Below, in pieces: positions 1 to 9,285 of a DNA stretch of 64,000 bases (the first letter of the stretch is position 1; every line of letters starts with the position of its first letter). The stretch comes from an uncultured Actinomycetes bacterium. Lineage in GTDB: Bacteria; Actinomycetota; Actinomycetes; S36-B12; UBA5976. A model generated the notes under the pieces. The model worked only from the letters and a program-made list of their open reading frames with translations. It was not told the DNA's origin and did no database searches. Position numbers and translations under genes: made by a program. The stretch lies in assembly GCA_903892635.1 (NCBI GenBank), contig CAITJH010000086.1, forward strand, positions 36,227 to 100,226, written 5' to 3'.

Positions 1-68
1 ATGCCAAAGAGGCAAAGGAAGAATACGCCTAAAAACTCTGCAAGTAGCCGAGCTGGTGCGTCTTTCAT
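1..68 (-). CDS. MIP/aquaporin-family channel, N-terminal fragment (gene runs off the window start)
   Basis: Minus-strand ATG at 66-68 preceded by GGAG. Translation MKDAPARLLAEFLGVFFLCLFG resembles the first TM helix of GlpF/AqpZ-type channels. Only 22 codons are visible. Confidence 0.4.
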   Translation of the reverse strand, partial: MKDAPARLLAEFLGVFFLCLFG

Positions 69-190
69 GTAGATCTCCTTGAGTAAGAGGAAGCAACCGC
101 AATTGCGGTGACATGTATTTCACGATATCGCGAACACTATTCACCGATCGGAATATGCCTCGGCGCGTTGCCTAAAAGACGATCAAATTT

Positions 191-976
191 TCAAGAATTT
201 GTAGGGTTTTCACGATGTGGCACCACGATTGGGCCACGTTCATCACTAATGATTCGTACTCGTGCACCGTAATGTTTTCCGATGTTGTCTTGCGTCAAAA
301 CTTCGTGGGCATTTCCTTGCGTGACGACTTCACCCGAAGCCATCAGCATGAGGCGATCGGGAAAGAGTCCAGACACTGTGAGATCGTGCATCGTTGAAAT
401 CACAGCAATCTTTTGTTCTTGACGTAGTCGATCAATGAGTTCAAGAACTTCTTGCTGATAGCCAATGTCTAGTGCAGTGGTCGGCTCATCAAGCAGAATT
501 ATCGGACTTGCTTGTGCCAGAGCGCGAGCAATTGTGACCCGCTGGCGTTCACCTCCAGACAATGTGGACACGTCTCGGTTTGCAAAAGCGAGCAATCCGA
601 GTTCTTGCAAAACTAGATCTGTCATGTCGAGATCAAGCTGACTTTCACTGGCAAGTAGTCGAAGGTGTGCAGTTCGACCGAGCATGACGTAATCGAATAC
701 CTTCATTCCAGCTGGCATGACTGGGTCTTGTGCGACATAAGCAATCCAGCAAGCACGATCGCGCACATGAAGATCTCGGACGTCATTGCCATCAATAGTG
801 AAGCCTCCTGTTGATGGAAGTACGCCTGCCAGCGCACGTAGAAACGTGGATTTGCCAGCGCCATTAGGTCCAATGATGCAAAGCCATTCGCCAGTACTGA
901 TCGAGAGTGACACATCGCGCACAATGTGTCGTTCATTAACTTTGACGTTAAGCGAGTTGACGGCAAGTGTTGTCAT
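191..976 (-). CDS. ABC transporter ATP-binding protein (iron-chelate/cobalamin importer type, BtuD/FecE-like)
   Basis: Walker A GPNGAGKST, ABC signature LSGGERQR, Walker B ILLDEP. 4-nt overlap with the upstream permease. Last gene of the riboswitch-led operon. Confidence 0.9.
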   Translation of the reverse strand: MTTLAVNSLNVKVNERHIVRDVSLSISTGEWLCIIGPNGAGKSTFLRALAGVLPSTGGFTIDGNDVRDLHVRDRACWIAYVAQDPVMPAGMKVFDYVMLGRTAHLRLLASESQLDLDMTDLVLQELGLLAFANRDVSTLSGGERQRVTIARALAQASPIILLDEPTTALDIGYQQEVLELIDRLRQEQKIAVISTMHDLTVSGLFPDRLMLMASGEVVTQGNAHEVLTQDNIGKHYGARVRIISDERGPIVVPHRENPTNS

Positions 977-2016
977 GAGATTTCACCATTGCGACTTGAT
1001 CCCAAAACAAAGAGGAAGAAAGGTGCACCTAGCAAGGCTGTCACAACTCCGATTGGAATTTCTTGTGGCGCCAAGACGGTGCGCGAAATGATGTCGGCAA
1101 ACACGAGGAAGACGCCACCGAATGCGATCGTCAAAGGCATTAGTCGTCGGTAACTATTTCCTGTGAACAAGCGAATGGTGTGAGGAACGATGATTCCCAC
1201 GAATCCAATGAGGCCAGTGACACTCACAGCTGCGGCGGTTCCTAACGAGGCAGCAATGATGATTGCAGCGCGTGCGCGATTCACAGGCAAGCCCATGCTG
1301 AGTGCTTCTTCATCTCCGACACTAAAAACATCCAGAACCCTTCGGTGCTGCCACAAAATTGCAGTACACACAATGATGTAGGGCGCGACAAGTTGAACAT
1401 CACTCCACCCTGATGTTGAAAGACGGCCCAAGATCCAGCCATAGACCTCGCGGATCTTGTCGGAATTTCGCTGTTGCACCAAAGTCTGAATTGCCGTGAG
1501 CAAGCTGGCAACCGCGACACCGGCCAAAATCAACGACGTTGCCGATCGTCCAACAAGAGCGGAACGACCCAAAGAATAAGTGAGTCCAACGGCCATCATT
1601 GCGCCGGTGAACGAGGCCAGTGGCAACAACCAATGGACAGTTGAGTTGCTAAATACAATGGCTGACGTTGCACCAAGGCTCGCGCCAGCGGAGACGCCGA
1701 GCAAGTACGGGTCAGCGAGGGGATTGCGAAATGTTCCTTGGTATGCGCAGCCGCTTGTGGCAAGAATTGAGCCGACGAAAAGTGCAAGAACTACTCGAGG
1801 CAGACGCAGTTGCCAAATGATGGTGTCTTCAGTTGATGTTGCAGAACTTGCCAAATGAATGCCAGCAATGTGAGTCATGACAATGTCGAGAACGTGCATC
1901 GGTGAAATCCAAACGGCACCGATGCAGGTTCCCAACAGGGCAGCGATGAGCACCGCGGCAACACCGACACTCCACAGTGATCGTGGAAGCGTCGGTGTTG
2001 AGCGATGTTGTGTCAT
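973..2016 (-). CDS. FecCD/BtuC-family ABC importer permease
   Basis: 347 aa polytopic membrane protein with the family-typical GLIGFVGIIVPHTIRL segment. Abuts the binding-protein gene with no gap. Confidence 0.9.
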   Translation of the reverse strand: MTQHRSTPTLPRSLWSVGVAAVLIAALLGTCIGAVWISPMHVLDIVMTHIAGIHLASSATSTEDTIIWQLRLPRVVLALFVGSILATSGCAYQGTFRNPLADPYLLGVSAGASLGATSAIVFSNSTVHWLLPLASFTGAMMAVGLTYSLGRSALVGRSATSLILAGVAVASLLTAIQTLVQQRNSDKIREVYGWILGRLSTSGWSDVQLVAPYIIVCTAILWQHRRVLDVFSVGDEEALSMGLPVNRARAAIIIAASLGTAAAVSVTGLIGFVGIIVPHTIRLFTGNSYRRLMPLTIAFGGVFLVFADIISRTVLAPQEIPIGVVTALLGAPFFLFVLGSSRNGEIS

Positions 2017-2937
2017 TTACTTAGAGCTTGCCTTGTTAATCGCTTCAGCAATGCTTTGGTAGAGCAAAGGCGTGCGAGGTCCCCAACGCGACGCAACGTC
2101 ATCATCAAGGGTGAATACGTTTCCGCTGCTGATTGCAGTCAATGATGCGAAACCTGCCCGCTTAGACAGCGAAGCAGCATCAACAGAGCAGCACTTTGAA
2201 TCTGCAAGGAATATCAGGCTCGGATTTGCCTTGACGATGTATTCGGCTGAGAGTTGTGGGTAGCCACTTGCCGCATCAGGTGAAGCGTCAGCAATGTTGC
2301 TTAATCCAAACTCTTTGTAAATGCTTCCGACGAAGGTGCTTGAAGTCACTGTGTACATGGTGTTATCAAGTTCGTGATAGACGGAAAGACCATTGACCGA
2401 CTTCACTGAATCTTTCGCCTTCTTAATCTCCGTCTGCATCGAAGCCACTAATGTGCTGGCTTCAGAAACGTGGCCAGTTGCTTGCCCAAGTTCCTTAGTC
2501 TGCGCATACGTATCATCGAGAGTCGTTGCGGCTGGTTCGACCAACACTGGAACGTTGGCTTTCGTTAATGACGCAACAATGTTGTCAATGTCGTTACTGA
2601 CGACGACCAAATCAGGCTTCTTAGCAACGATCGCTTCGAGATTCGGAGTGAATCCGGAGAGGTCGGATGCAGGAACATTTGCCGGAAAGTTTGATTGATT
2701 ATCAACTGCGACAACCTGACTGCCAGCATTGATTGCGAACAGCATTTCGGTAGCAGTCGGTGACAGCGAAATAATCGCCTTTGGCGCTGTGGAAATCACG
2801 ACGCTCGAGTTGTTGTTGGAAATAGTGACTGGGAATGTTGAGGCCGAGGACGGACTCGCTGTATTTGAGGCTGATGTGGTGCTGCAGGCGCTTAATAAAA
2901 GCGCTCCTACGACCACAAACAGGGATGACTTCTTCAT
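2017..2937 (-). CDS. Periplasmic-binding-protein (BtuF/FecB class) lipoprotein, probable cobalamin-binding component
   Basis: Signal peptide with lipobox LLSAC and a Ser/Thr-rich linker. Cluster-A type SBP layout. Sits directly downstream of a cobalamin riboswitch. Confidence 0.8.
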   Translation of the reverse strand: MKKSSLFVVVGALLLSACSTTSASNTASPSSASTFPVTISNNNSSVVISTAPKAIISLSPTATEMLFAINAGSQVVAVDNQSNFPANVPASDLSGFTPNLEAIVAKKPDLVVVSNDIDNIVASLTKANVPVLVEPAATTLDDTYAQTKELGQATGHVSEASTLVASMQTEIKKAKDSVKSVNGLSVYHELDNTMYTVTSSTFVGSIYKEFGLSNIADASPDAASGYPQLSAEYIVKANPSLIFLADSKCCSVDAASLSKRAGFASLTAISSGNVFTLDDDVASRWGPRTPLLYQSIAEAINKASSK

Positions 2938-2939
2938 GT

Positions 2940-3121
2940 GTCTCCTTGGTTGTAGTCGAAGAAAATTCCGACGGATTGAAAGGAGACTTCCATGGCCGAC
3001 GAACTCTTCCTCGAGAGTTGTATTGTCAACCGCGTCGATAGGCGACCTGGCTTAATGAGCGAACTCATTTCACAGTTGCGGGACAGCGTCGGTATTTCAC
3101 CGAACTTCGCTATCGTCGCGG
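2940..3121 (-). promoter_or_regulatory. Cobalamin (B12) riboswitch with SD-sequestering expression platform
   Basis: The minus strand reads CCGCGACGATAG...TCGGTGAAATACCGACGCTGTCCCGCAACTGTGA AATGAG-TTCG-CTCATT AAGCCAGGTCGC CTATCGACGCGG. This contains the conserved GGTGAAA..CC / GC.G.CCCGCAACTGT core and a B12-box-like AGCCAGG. The P1 strands (3110-3121 and 3030-3041) pair at 11 of 12 positions. Downstream, GTCTCCTT (2980-2987) is complementary to the SD AAGGAGAC (2940-2947) just before the ATG at 2937. Confidence 0.75.
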
Positions 3122-3171
3122 TGAGACGACATTAGCACAGTGCTTAGTCAAGATTTCGTGAAGTGAGAAAA

Positions 3172-3387
3172 TTAAGATTCGGGATGAAGAGACATTGGCC
3201 CGTAAACCAATCGATCGTCTTCGTACAGCGAGACAGCGTCAACACCCGCATCAAGTAACTCTTTCCATGTTGCCCCGATATACGTTTCAGCATCACTTTG
3301 GGTAGGGAAGTCGTTAGTTGCTGCGTCGGCGGGAATTCCTTCTGAGAAGGAGCCATCTGCGTTTTGATACACCCATAACCAACCCAT
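3172..3387 (-). CDS. Hypothetical small acidic protein (71 aa)
   Basis: ORF whose ATG overlaps the stop of the upstream aldo-keto reductase (TAATG at 3385-3389). I recognise no family motif. Confidence 0.5.
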   Translation of the reverse strand: MGWLWVYQNADGSFSEGIPADAATNDFPTQSDAETYIGATWKELLDAGVDAVSLYEDDRLVYGPMSLHPES

Positions 3388-4391
3388 TAGCTGAGCCTTT
3401 CCTGCGGTGAAGCGGTGAGCGCTTCGTCTGTTGAGATGAAATCCTTCAATGTTGAATCTATGGCTTTAAGAACGTCTGCACTGAGTTTCACGCCACTTGC
3501 TTTCGCAGCTTCAGTAATTTGCTCGGGACGCGATGCTCCAACAATGGCAGAGGATACGTTGTCGTTATTAAGAACCCAAGCAACGGCGAGTTGAGCCATG
3601 GTCAAACCTGCATCGGCTGCAATTGGCTTGAGTTGCTGAACTGCCTCAAGCAAGTCATCACGTAGCCATCTTGCGACAAATTCCTTGCCTTCGTCGCTTG
3701 TTGCTCGCGTGCCTTCCGGTAGTGGTTGGCCTGGTAAGTACTTTCCAGTTAGCACACCTTGTGCAATAGGTGACCACACAATGTGGCCAATGCCGTACTT
3801 GCGACATATAGGATCAACATCCGTCTCGATCACACGCCACAACATCGAGTACTGGGGCTGGCTCGAAATGAAATGGTCCAAGCCCATGTCTTCGGCAATT
3901 TTGTGCGCCTTCTTAATTTCTTCAGCGCGCCATTCAGAAAATCCGATGTACAGCACTTTGCCTTGTCGAATGAGATCGTCAAATGCACGCAATGTCTCTT
4001 CAAGTGGAGTGTTGTAGTCAAAGCGATGTGCTTGGTAGAGATCCACGTAGTCGGTATTCAGACGCTTCAATGATGCGTTGCACGATTCCATGATGTGCTT
4101 GCGCGAAAGTCCAGTGTCATTGTGCTTGCGAGCATTCGTTGGGAAGTAGACCTTGGTAAAAATTTCGACGGACTCTCGTGACTGTCCGGCTAATGCACGA
4201 CCAAGTACGGACTCGGCTCCAGTGTTTGCATAGACGTCGGCGGTGTCGAATGTGGTGATACCAGCATCGAGAGCCGCGTTGACGCAAGCGATAGCCGTAT
4301 CCTCAGCCACTTGCGACGCGTGTGTAATCCAATTGCCGTAGGCAATCTCCGAAACTTTCATGCCGCTATTGCCTAGATATCTGAATTCCAT
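3387..4391 (-). CDS. Aldo/keto reductase (Kv-beta/YajO-like)
   Basis: 334 aa. AKR hallmarks are DTADVYA, GRAL and FTKV (catalytic D/Y/K context), plus a C-terminal IVGASRPEQ segment. Confidence 0.9.
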   Translation of the reverse strand: MEFRYLGNSGMKVSEIAYGNWITHASQVAEDTAIACVNAALDAGITTFDTADVYANTGAESVLGRALAGQSRESVEIFTKVYFPTNARKHNDTGLSRKHIMESCNASLKRLNTDYVDLYQAHRFDYNTPLEETLRAFDDLIRQGKVLYIGFSEWRAEEIKKAHKIAEDMGLDHFISSQPQYSMLWRVIETDVDPICRKYGIGHIVWSPIAQGVLTGKYLPGQPLPEGTRATSDEGKEFVARWLRDDLLEAVQQLKPIAADAGLTMAQLAVAWVLNNDNVSSAIVGASRPEQITEAAKASGVKLSADVLKAIDSTLKDFISTDEALTASPQERLS

Positions 4392-4428
4392 GTCTTGACA
4401 CTATCTCCGAAGCGTGAATTACGTGCGG

Positions 4429-4980
4429 TTAAGAATTTTTGGCGGCCTTTGACTTCACAGGTTTGCCACCAGCACCGATACGTGGAGGCGGAATACGGAA
4501 GCGTCGAAGCTGCAAGGCGCGCAATGCTCCATACGAGGCGGCACCTTTCACAGAACTGTCATTCGGGAAAAGTTTTGGAAGCGAGCGACGCAGGCGAAAT
4601 CCGATGATTGCGGTATCAAACACAACGAATACAAAAAGGGTTGCCCACACCGCCATCACTATTGATTGAATGGTTTTACCTGGAATGAGTGCACCAACCA
4701 TCACAATGATCGCTCCTGGGATAAAAAACTCTCCAGCAGTTCGTCGGGAATCTATTTGATCGCGAACGTATTCACGCACTGGACCACGATCTCGAGTTGG
4801 GAAGTAGCGCGAATCACCTGCGAGTAAACCGGCACGCGCTTGTTGGCGGGCATCACGCTCGCGGGCGCGAGCATTCTTGGAATCGCGTGGAGCAGAAAAG
4901 CCGGTCTTTCGTCCTGCTTGGGCTTCCTTGCGCTTAGGAGTTGGTCGTCCCTTGCCAGTGTTTGATTCGCCTGTGTCCAT
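4429..4980 (-). CDS. DUF3043-family membrane protein (Rv2206-like)
   Basis: Basic N-terminus GKGRPTPKRKEAQAGRK followed by two TM helices. I chose the ATG at 4978-4980 because the longer ORF (to 5067) would overlap the divergent glycerate kinase. Confidence 0.7.
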   Translation of the reverse strand: MDTGESNTGKGRPTPKRKEAQAGRKTGFSAPRDSKNARARERDARQQARAGLLAGDSRYFPTRDRGPVREYVRDQIDSRRTAGEFFIPGAIIVMVGALIPGKTIQSIVMAVWATLFVFVVFDTAIIGFRLRRSLPKLFPNDSSVKGAASYGALRALQLRRFRIPPPRIGAGGKPVKSKAAKNS

Positions 4981-5004
4981 AGGCACTAATGCTAACGTGC
5001 CTCT

Positions 5005-6117
5005 ATGCGAATTTTGGTGAGCCCAGACTGCTTCACAGGCACATTGACTGCGGCGCAAGCTGCTCATGCCATTCGCGATGGTTGGTTACGAACCAAGCCC
5101 GATGATCACATGTCAGTTATTCCGTTGTCCGATGGCGGTCCAGGATTTCTTGATTGTTTTGTCGAAGCTCTCGGGGCACAGCGACACACAGTCGAGGTGA
5201 GCGATCCACTTGGTCGAGCAATTCAGGCTGACTTCGCATTGTTGGGCGATCAAGCGTGGATTGAATCTGCCCAAGCATGTGGGCTTGCGCACCTCAAAGT
5301 GTCAGAGCGCAACCCACTTATCACTTCTACATATGGTGTTGGTCAATTGATTGCAGCAGCGATTGATGCTGGTGCTCGCAACATTATGGTTGGGCTCGGC
5401 GGGAGTGGAACAAATGATGGAGGGGCTGGAGCGCTTGAGGCATTAGGTGCGTCATCGCAGACCGGACAACTGGCAAACGGTGGAGCGGCTCTCAAAGATG
5501 TTAACGACATCGATCTAGCCGAAGCTGTGAAGCGAACTGAAAATGTGACGATTGTTCTGGCATCCGATGTAGACAACCCACTGTTGGGATTGCGCGGTGC
5601 CACGGCAATGTTTGGCCGTCAAAAAGGCGCAGATGACAACTCGCTCATGATTCTTGAAGGAGCACTCGAACACTTTGCTCAAGTGCTTGGAAAGCGAAGC
5701 GACGGTAAAGACCCAGCTGTTGCTTTGGGGGCAGGCGCCGCCGGCGGACTAGGTTTTGGATTGATGCACCTCGGTGCTAGTCGCGTTCCCGGAATTTCGA
5801 CAGTGATGGACGTCGTTGGGCTGAACGATGTGCTGCAGGGTAGCGATCTTGTCATCACCGGTGAAGGGTGTCTCGATGATCAAAGCTTGCACGGCAAGGT
5901 GATTGCTGGAGTAGCCGCCCGTGCTGTTGCGCTGGGAAAGCCATGTCTTGCCTTAGCCGGCGACGTTCGATTAGGTAAACGTGAAGCGAGCTCCGCAGGT
6001 ATTGATTCCGCTTATTCAATGATCGATTTGGCTGGAAAGGATGCCGCTCTGGGACGTCCTTCAGACGTTCTGGCAGATCTTGCACAACGGGTGGCCAAGA
6101 CATGGGGTCGGGCTTAA
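5005..6117 (+). CDS. Glycerate kinase family protein
   Basis: 370 aa. N-terminus MRILVSPDCFTGTLTAAQAAHAI and the internal GLGGSGTNDGGAG are typical of GlxK/GarK. Syntenic with Rv2205c as I recall it. Confidence 0.85.
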   Translation: MRILVSPDCFTGTLTAAQAAHAIRDGWLRTKPDDHMSVIPLSDGGPGFLDCFVEALGAQRHTVEVSDPLGRAIQADFALLGDQAWIESAQACGLAHLKVSERNPLITSTYGVGQLIAAAIDAGARNIMVGLGGSGTNDGGAGALEALGASSQTGQLANGGAALKDVNDIDLAEAVKRTENVTIVLASDVDNPLLGLRGATAMFGRQKGADDNSLMILEGALEHFAQVLGKRSDGKDPAVALGAGAAGGLGFGLMHLGASRVPGISTVMDVVGLNDVLQGSDLVITGEGCLDDQSLHGKVIAGVAARAVALGKPCLALAGDVRLGKREASSAGIDSAYSMIDLAGKDAALGRPSDVLADLAQRVAKTWGRA

Positions 6118-6196
6118 GTACTGCGAGGAATAAATTCTCTGGCACAATGGTTATGCAGAGTGATTGAATCAATCGCTCACGTCATCAAGGAGAGTC

Positions 6197-6541
6197 ATGA
6201 CTACTGAATCTGTTGCTAGCTCGGTTGTACTTACTGATATTGCTGCAGGCAAAGTGAAATCTTTGCTTGAACAAGAAGGTCGTGACGACTTGAACTTGCG
6301 CATTGCTGTTCAGCCTGGTGGTTGCTCTGGTTTGCGTTACCAACTCTTCTTTGATGATCGCGACCTCGATGGTGACACTCGTATGGAAATCGGTGGCGTT
6401 GGTGTTGTCGTGGATCGTATGAGCGTTCCTTACCTTGGTGGCGCTGTGATCGACTTCGTCGACACAATCGAAAAGCAAGGTTTCACAATCGACAACCCAA
6501 ATGCAACGGGTTCATGTGCCTGTGGAGACTCTTTCAGCTAA
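6197..6541 (+). CDS. erpA: HesB/IscA-type iron-sulfur cluster insertion protein
   Basis: Motifs GGCSGLRYQL and C-terminal GSCACGDSF. ATG at 6197 is preceded by AAGGAGAG. Confidence 0.85.
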   Translation: MTTESVASSVVLTDIAAGKVKSLLEQEGRDDLNLRIAVQPGGCSGLRYQLFFDDRDLDGDTRMEIGGVGVVVDRMSVPYLGGAVIDFVDTIEKQGFTIDNPNATGSCACGDSFS

Positions 6542-6613
6542 ATACTTTTTCTACCGAAGGCTCGTGTATCTCGCTTGAGATGTACGAGCCTTCGGTCGTT
6601 ATGCTTGCTAACT

Positions 6614-7600
6614 ATGCGAATTGGTATCACCGGCTCTGTAGCGACCGATCACCTCATGAGTTTTCCGGGAAAATTTAATGACTCGTTGATGGCAGATCAA
6701 CTACACAACGTCTCGTTGTCTTTTTTGGTTGATGATCTACAGATTCGTCGTGGCGGAGTAGCAGCCAATATCTGTTTTGGTATGGGAGTACTCGGTGGCC
6801 ACCCAATTCTGGTTGCCGCTGTCGGTCACGACTTTGATGAGTATCGATCGTGGTTAGAAGCCCATGGAGTCATCTGCGATCAGGTGCACACGTCGACAAC
6901 TGCGCATACTGCTCGATTTATGTGCACAACGGATCAAGAACAGAATCAAATTGCATCGTTCTACCCAGGAGCCATGTCAGAATCACGCGAATTAGATCTC
7001 GCAGTAGTTTCTCAGCGTGTTGGTGGCATCGATCTTGTTTTGATTGGCGCTGATGATCCAGAAGCAATGATCAAGCATGCCAAAGCTTGCAAAGAACTCG
7101 GCATTGATTTCATTGCAGATCCTTCACAGCAGCTACCTCGTTTGGATTCGCAGCAAACTAGAGATGTTATCGACGGAGCAAAGTTCCTTTTTAATAACGA
7201 GTACGAAGCTCAACTCATTGAACAGCGAACTGGCTGGAGTGCAAGTGAAGTACTAGATCGTGTAGGCATCCGTGTCACAACACTTGGAAAAGAAGGAGCC
7301 AGAATCACTTCGCGTGATGGCACCGACATTCATGTTCCAGTTGCGCAAGAAAAGGAAATCAAGGATCCCACCGGTGTTGGAGATGCATTCCGAGCAGGAT
7401 TCATAATGGGTCTGGATTGGGGTATGGATCTTGAGAGAAGTGCTCAGATTGGTTCGCTTCTCGCAACCTACGTCATCGAAACCGTGGGAACCCAAGAGTT
7501 TGCTTTGTCGAAATCAGGATTCTTGGATCGACTTGGACGTGCTTATGGTCAACGGGCTACGACCGACATTCATGATCACCTCGTGTGCCACAATCCCTAG
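6614..7600 (+). CDS. pfkB-family carbohydrate/nucleoside kinase (adenosine-kinase-like, Rv2202c position)
   Basis: pfkB signature DPTGVGDAFRAGF. The internal ATG at 6614 (MRIGITGS) was chosen as the start. Confidence 0.8.
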   Translation: MRIGITGSVATDHLMSFPGKFNDSLMADQLHNVSLSFLVDDLQIRRGGVAANICFGMGVLGGHPILVAAVGHDFDEYRSWLEAHGVICDQVHTSTTAHTARFMCTTDQEQNQIASFYPGAMSESRELDLAVVSQRVGGIDLVLIGADDPEAMIKHAKACKELGIDFIADPSQQLPRLDSQQTRDVIDGAKFLFNNEYEAQLIEQRTGWSASEVLDRVGIRVTTLGKEGARITSRDGTDIHVPVAQEKEIKDPTGVGDAFRAGFIMGLDWGMDLERSAQIGSLLATYVIETVGTQEFALSKSGFLDRLGRAYGQRATTDIHDHLVCHNP

Positions 7601-7621
7601 GTCATAAGGGGGAGAGTCACA

Positions 7622-8347
7622 ATGACGTGTGATTTCTCAGATCCGCTTCAGGCGCCTGAAGGCGAAGATCTGCTTGCGATCGGCGCAACGGACTTGCTTG
7701 GCAACCCATTGACAATTTCGCATGATGTTGAATGGCCGAAGTTGACACATTTCGGGACTACATGGACGCCAGAAGTTGTACTAGAGGCTTATCGTCACGG
7801 GCTTTTTCCGATGCCAATGGACCTTGATGATGGTCCCAGTGCGATCGGATGGTGGTCACCCGAAAAACGAGCAATTTTCTATCCAGACTCCATAAATATC
7901 TCTCGATCGTTACGGCGCTCGTTGTCGCATTTTCAGGTCACGTTTGATCAGGCGTTTGATCAAGTTGTTGCGCAGTGCGCAGATCCGAAGCGTGACCATG
8001 GGTGGATTGATGTCAATGTCCAAGATTGTTATGGCCAGCTTCATCAACAAGGCCACGCTCATTCGGTCGAGGTGTGGCAGGCGGGCCAGATTGTCGGAGG
8101 GCTGTATGGAGTTGCAATTGGCGGCATATTTGCTGGTGAAAGCATGTTTCACAAAGTCACAAATGCCTCAAAAGCGGCGCTTGTGCACCTTGGGTCATGG
8201 CTCAATGACGGGCAGGGTCGAATCATTGATTCGCAATGGATGACCCCGCACCTATCAAGCCTCGGAGCCCAGACGGTTTCCCGTAGCGAATATGTCGATT
8301 TACTGGCTTCTGGATTAGCTATTTCGCCGCCTATCGTCCCGGTGTGA
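7622..8347 (+). CDS. aat: Leucyl/phenylalanyl-tRNA--protein transferase
   Basis: YRHGLFPMP...GWWSPEKRAIF...GESMFH is the characteristic L/F-transferase pattern. A GGGGGAG-type RBS lies upstream. Confidence 0.8.
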   Translation: MTCDFSDPLQAPEGEDLLAIGATDLLGNPLTISHDVEWPKLTHFGTTWTPEVVLEAYRHGLFPMPMDLDDGPSAIGWWSPEKRAIFYPDSINISRSLRRSLSHFQVTFDQAFDQVVAQCADPKRDHGWIDVNVQDCYGQLHQQGHAHSVEVWQAGQIVGGLYGVAIGGIFAGESMFHKVTNASKAALVHLGSWLNDGQGRIIDSQWMTPHLSSLGAQTVSRSEYVDLLASGLAISPPIVPV

Positions 8348-8487
8348 CTTTCGTCCTACGGGCCATCTCAGCAGCCTTTTTTTGAGCCCTTGCGATAGGG
8401 TAACAACGTAGAAGTAGCCCAGTTATAGGCGAATCTTGAGCCATCAAGGATCGAGAGAACTGGTATGACCAAGAGGATGAATTTTTC

Positions 8488-9285
8488 GTGAAATCAACTC
8501 GGGTGCGTTTTGGTGCACTAATCGCGGCAGTTGCATTGCCGATGTTACTCACTGGCTGTTCCAAGGATTCGTCGCTTGGTCGAATGGGTTTCCCATCGCC
8601 GGCAACTAAGGAAGGCCCAACGATCATCACGTTGTGGCAGGGTTCGTGGATTGCTGCCGGAGCTGTAGCCATCCTTACATGGGGATTGATGATCTGGGCG
8701 ATTGTTGTGTACCGACGTCGCGAAGGCGATGCGTTGCCAGCTCAGGTTCGTTACAACGTTCCATTGGAAATTGCTTACACAGTCATCCCGTTGGTCATGA
8801 TTCTTGGTCTGTTCTTCTTTACCGCGAAAGATCAAACTGCACTGACCAAGGTAACAAATGACAACACGCACACCGTGAATGTCGAAGGATGGCGTTGGTC
8901 ATGGGGCTTTAACTACGTTGACGAAAATGTTTTCGATGCAGGTACTCCAGCAGCCCGTCCAGTGTTGTGGCTTCCAGTGAACGAGAAGGTCAAGTTCGTT
9001 TTGTCATCACCTGACGTGAATCACTCATTCTGGATCCCTGCGTTCCTGACAAAGATGGACGTCATCCCAGGTCGCCACAATACATTCGAAGTGACGCCTG
9101 ACAAGTTGGGTACTTTCTCAGGTAAGTGCGCTGAACTGTGTGGCGCTTACCACTCACGAATGTTGTTCGACGTCAAGGTTGTAAGTCGCGCAGACTATGA
9201 CGCCCACATTGCAGATCTTAAATCGCGCGGTCAAGTAGGTCAGGTTGAAACTGGCCGTACACAGGTAGCAGGAGCAGCACAATGA
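8488..9285 (+). CDS. ctaC: Cytochrome c oxidase (aa3) subunit II
   Basis: GTG start, lipobox LTGC and two TM helices. CuA site HSFWIPAF...[12 protein letters not shown]. No fused cytochrome c domain, as is typical for actinobacteria. Confidence 0.95.
   Translation: MKSTRVRFGALIAAVALPMLLTGCSKDSSLGRMGFPSPATKEGPTIITLWQGSWIAAGAVAILTWGLMIWAIVVYRRREGDALPAQVRYNVPLEIAYTVIPLVMILGLFFFTAKDQTALTKVTNDNTHTVNVEGWRWSWGFNYVDENVFDAGTPAARPVLWLPVNEKVKFVLSSPDVNHSFWIPAFLTKMDVIPGRHNTFEVTPDKLGTFSGKCAELCGAYHSRMLFDVKVVSRADYDAHIADLKSRGQVGQVETGRTQVAGAAQ

Noticed and set aside
4981-5067. Longer form of the DUF3043 gene starting at 5067
   Set aside because: It would overlap the glycerate kinase start by 63 nt on the opposite strand. 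The added residues (MSSLRRSQCACEAVW...) look unlike the basic N-terminus typical of the family. This call is uncertain and is also discussed as a finding.
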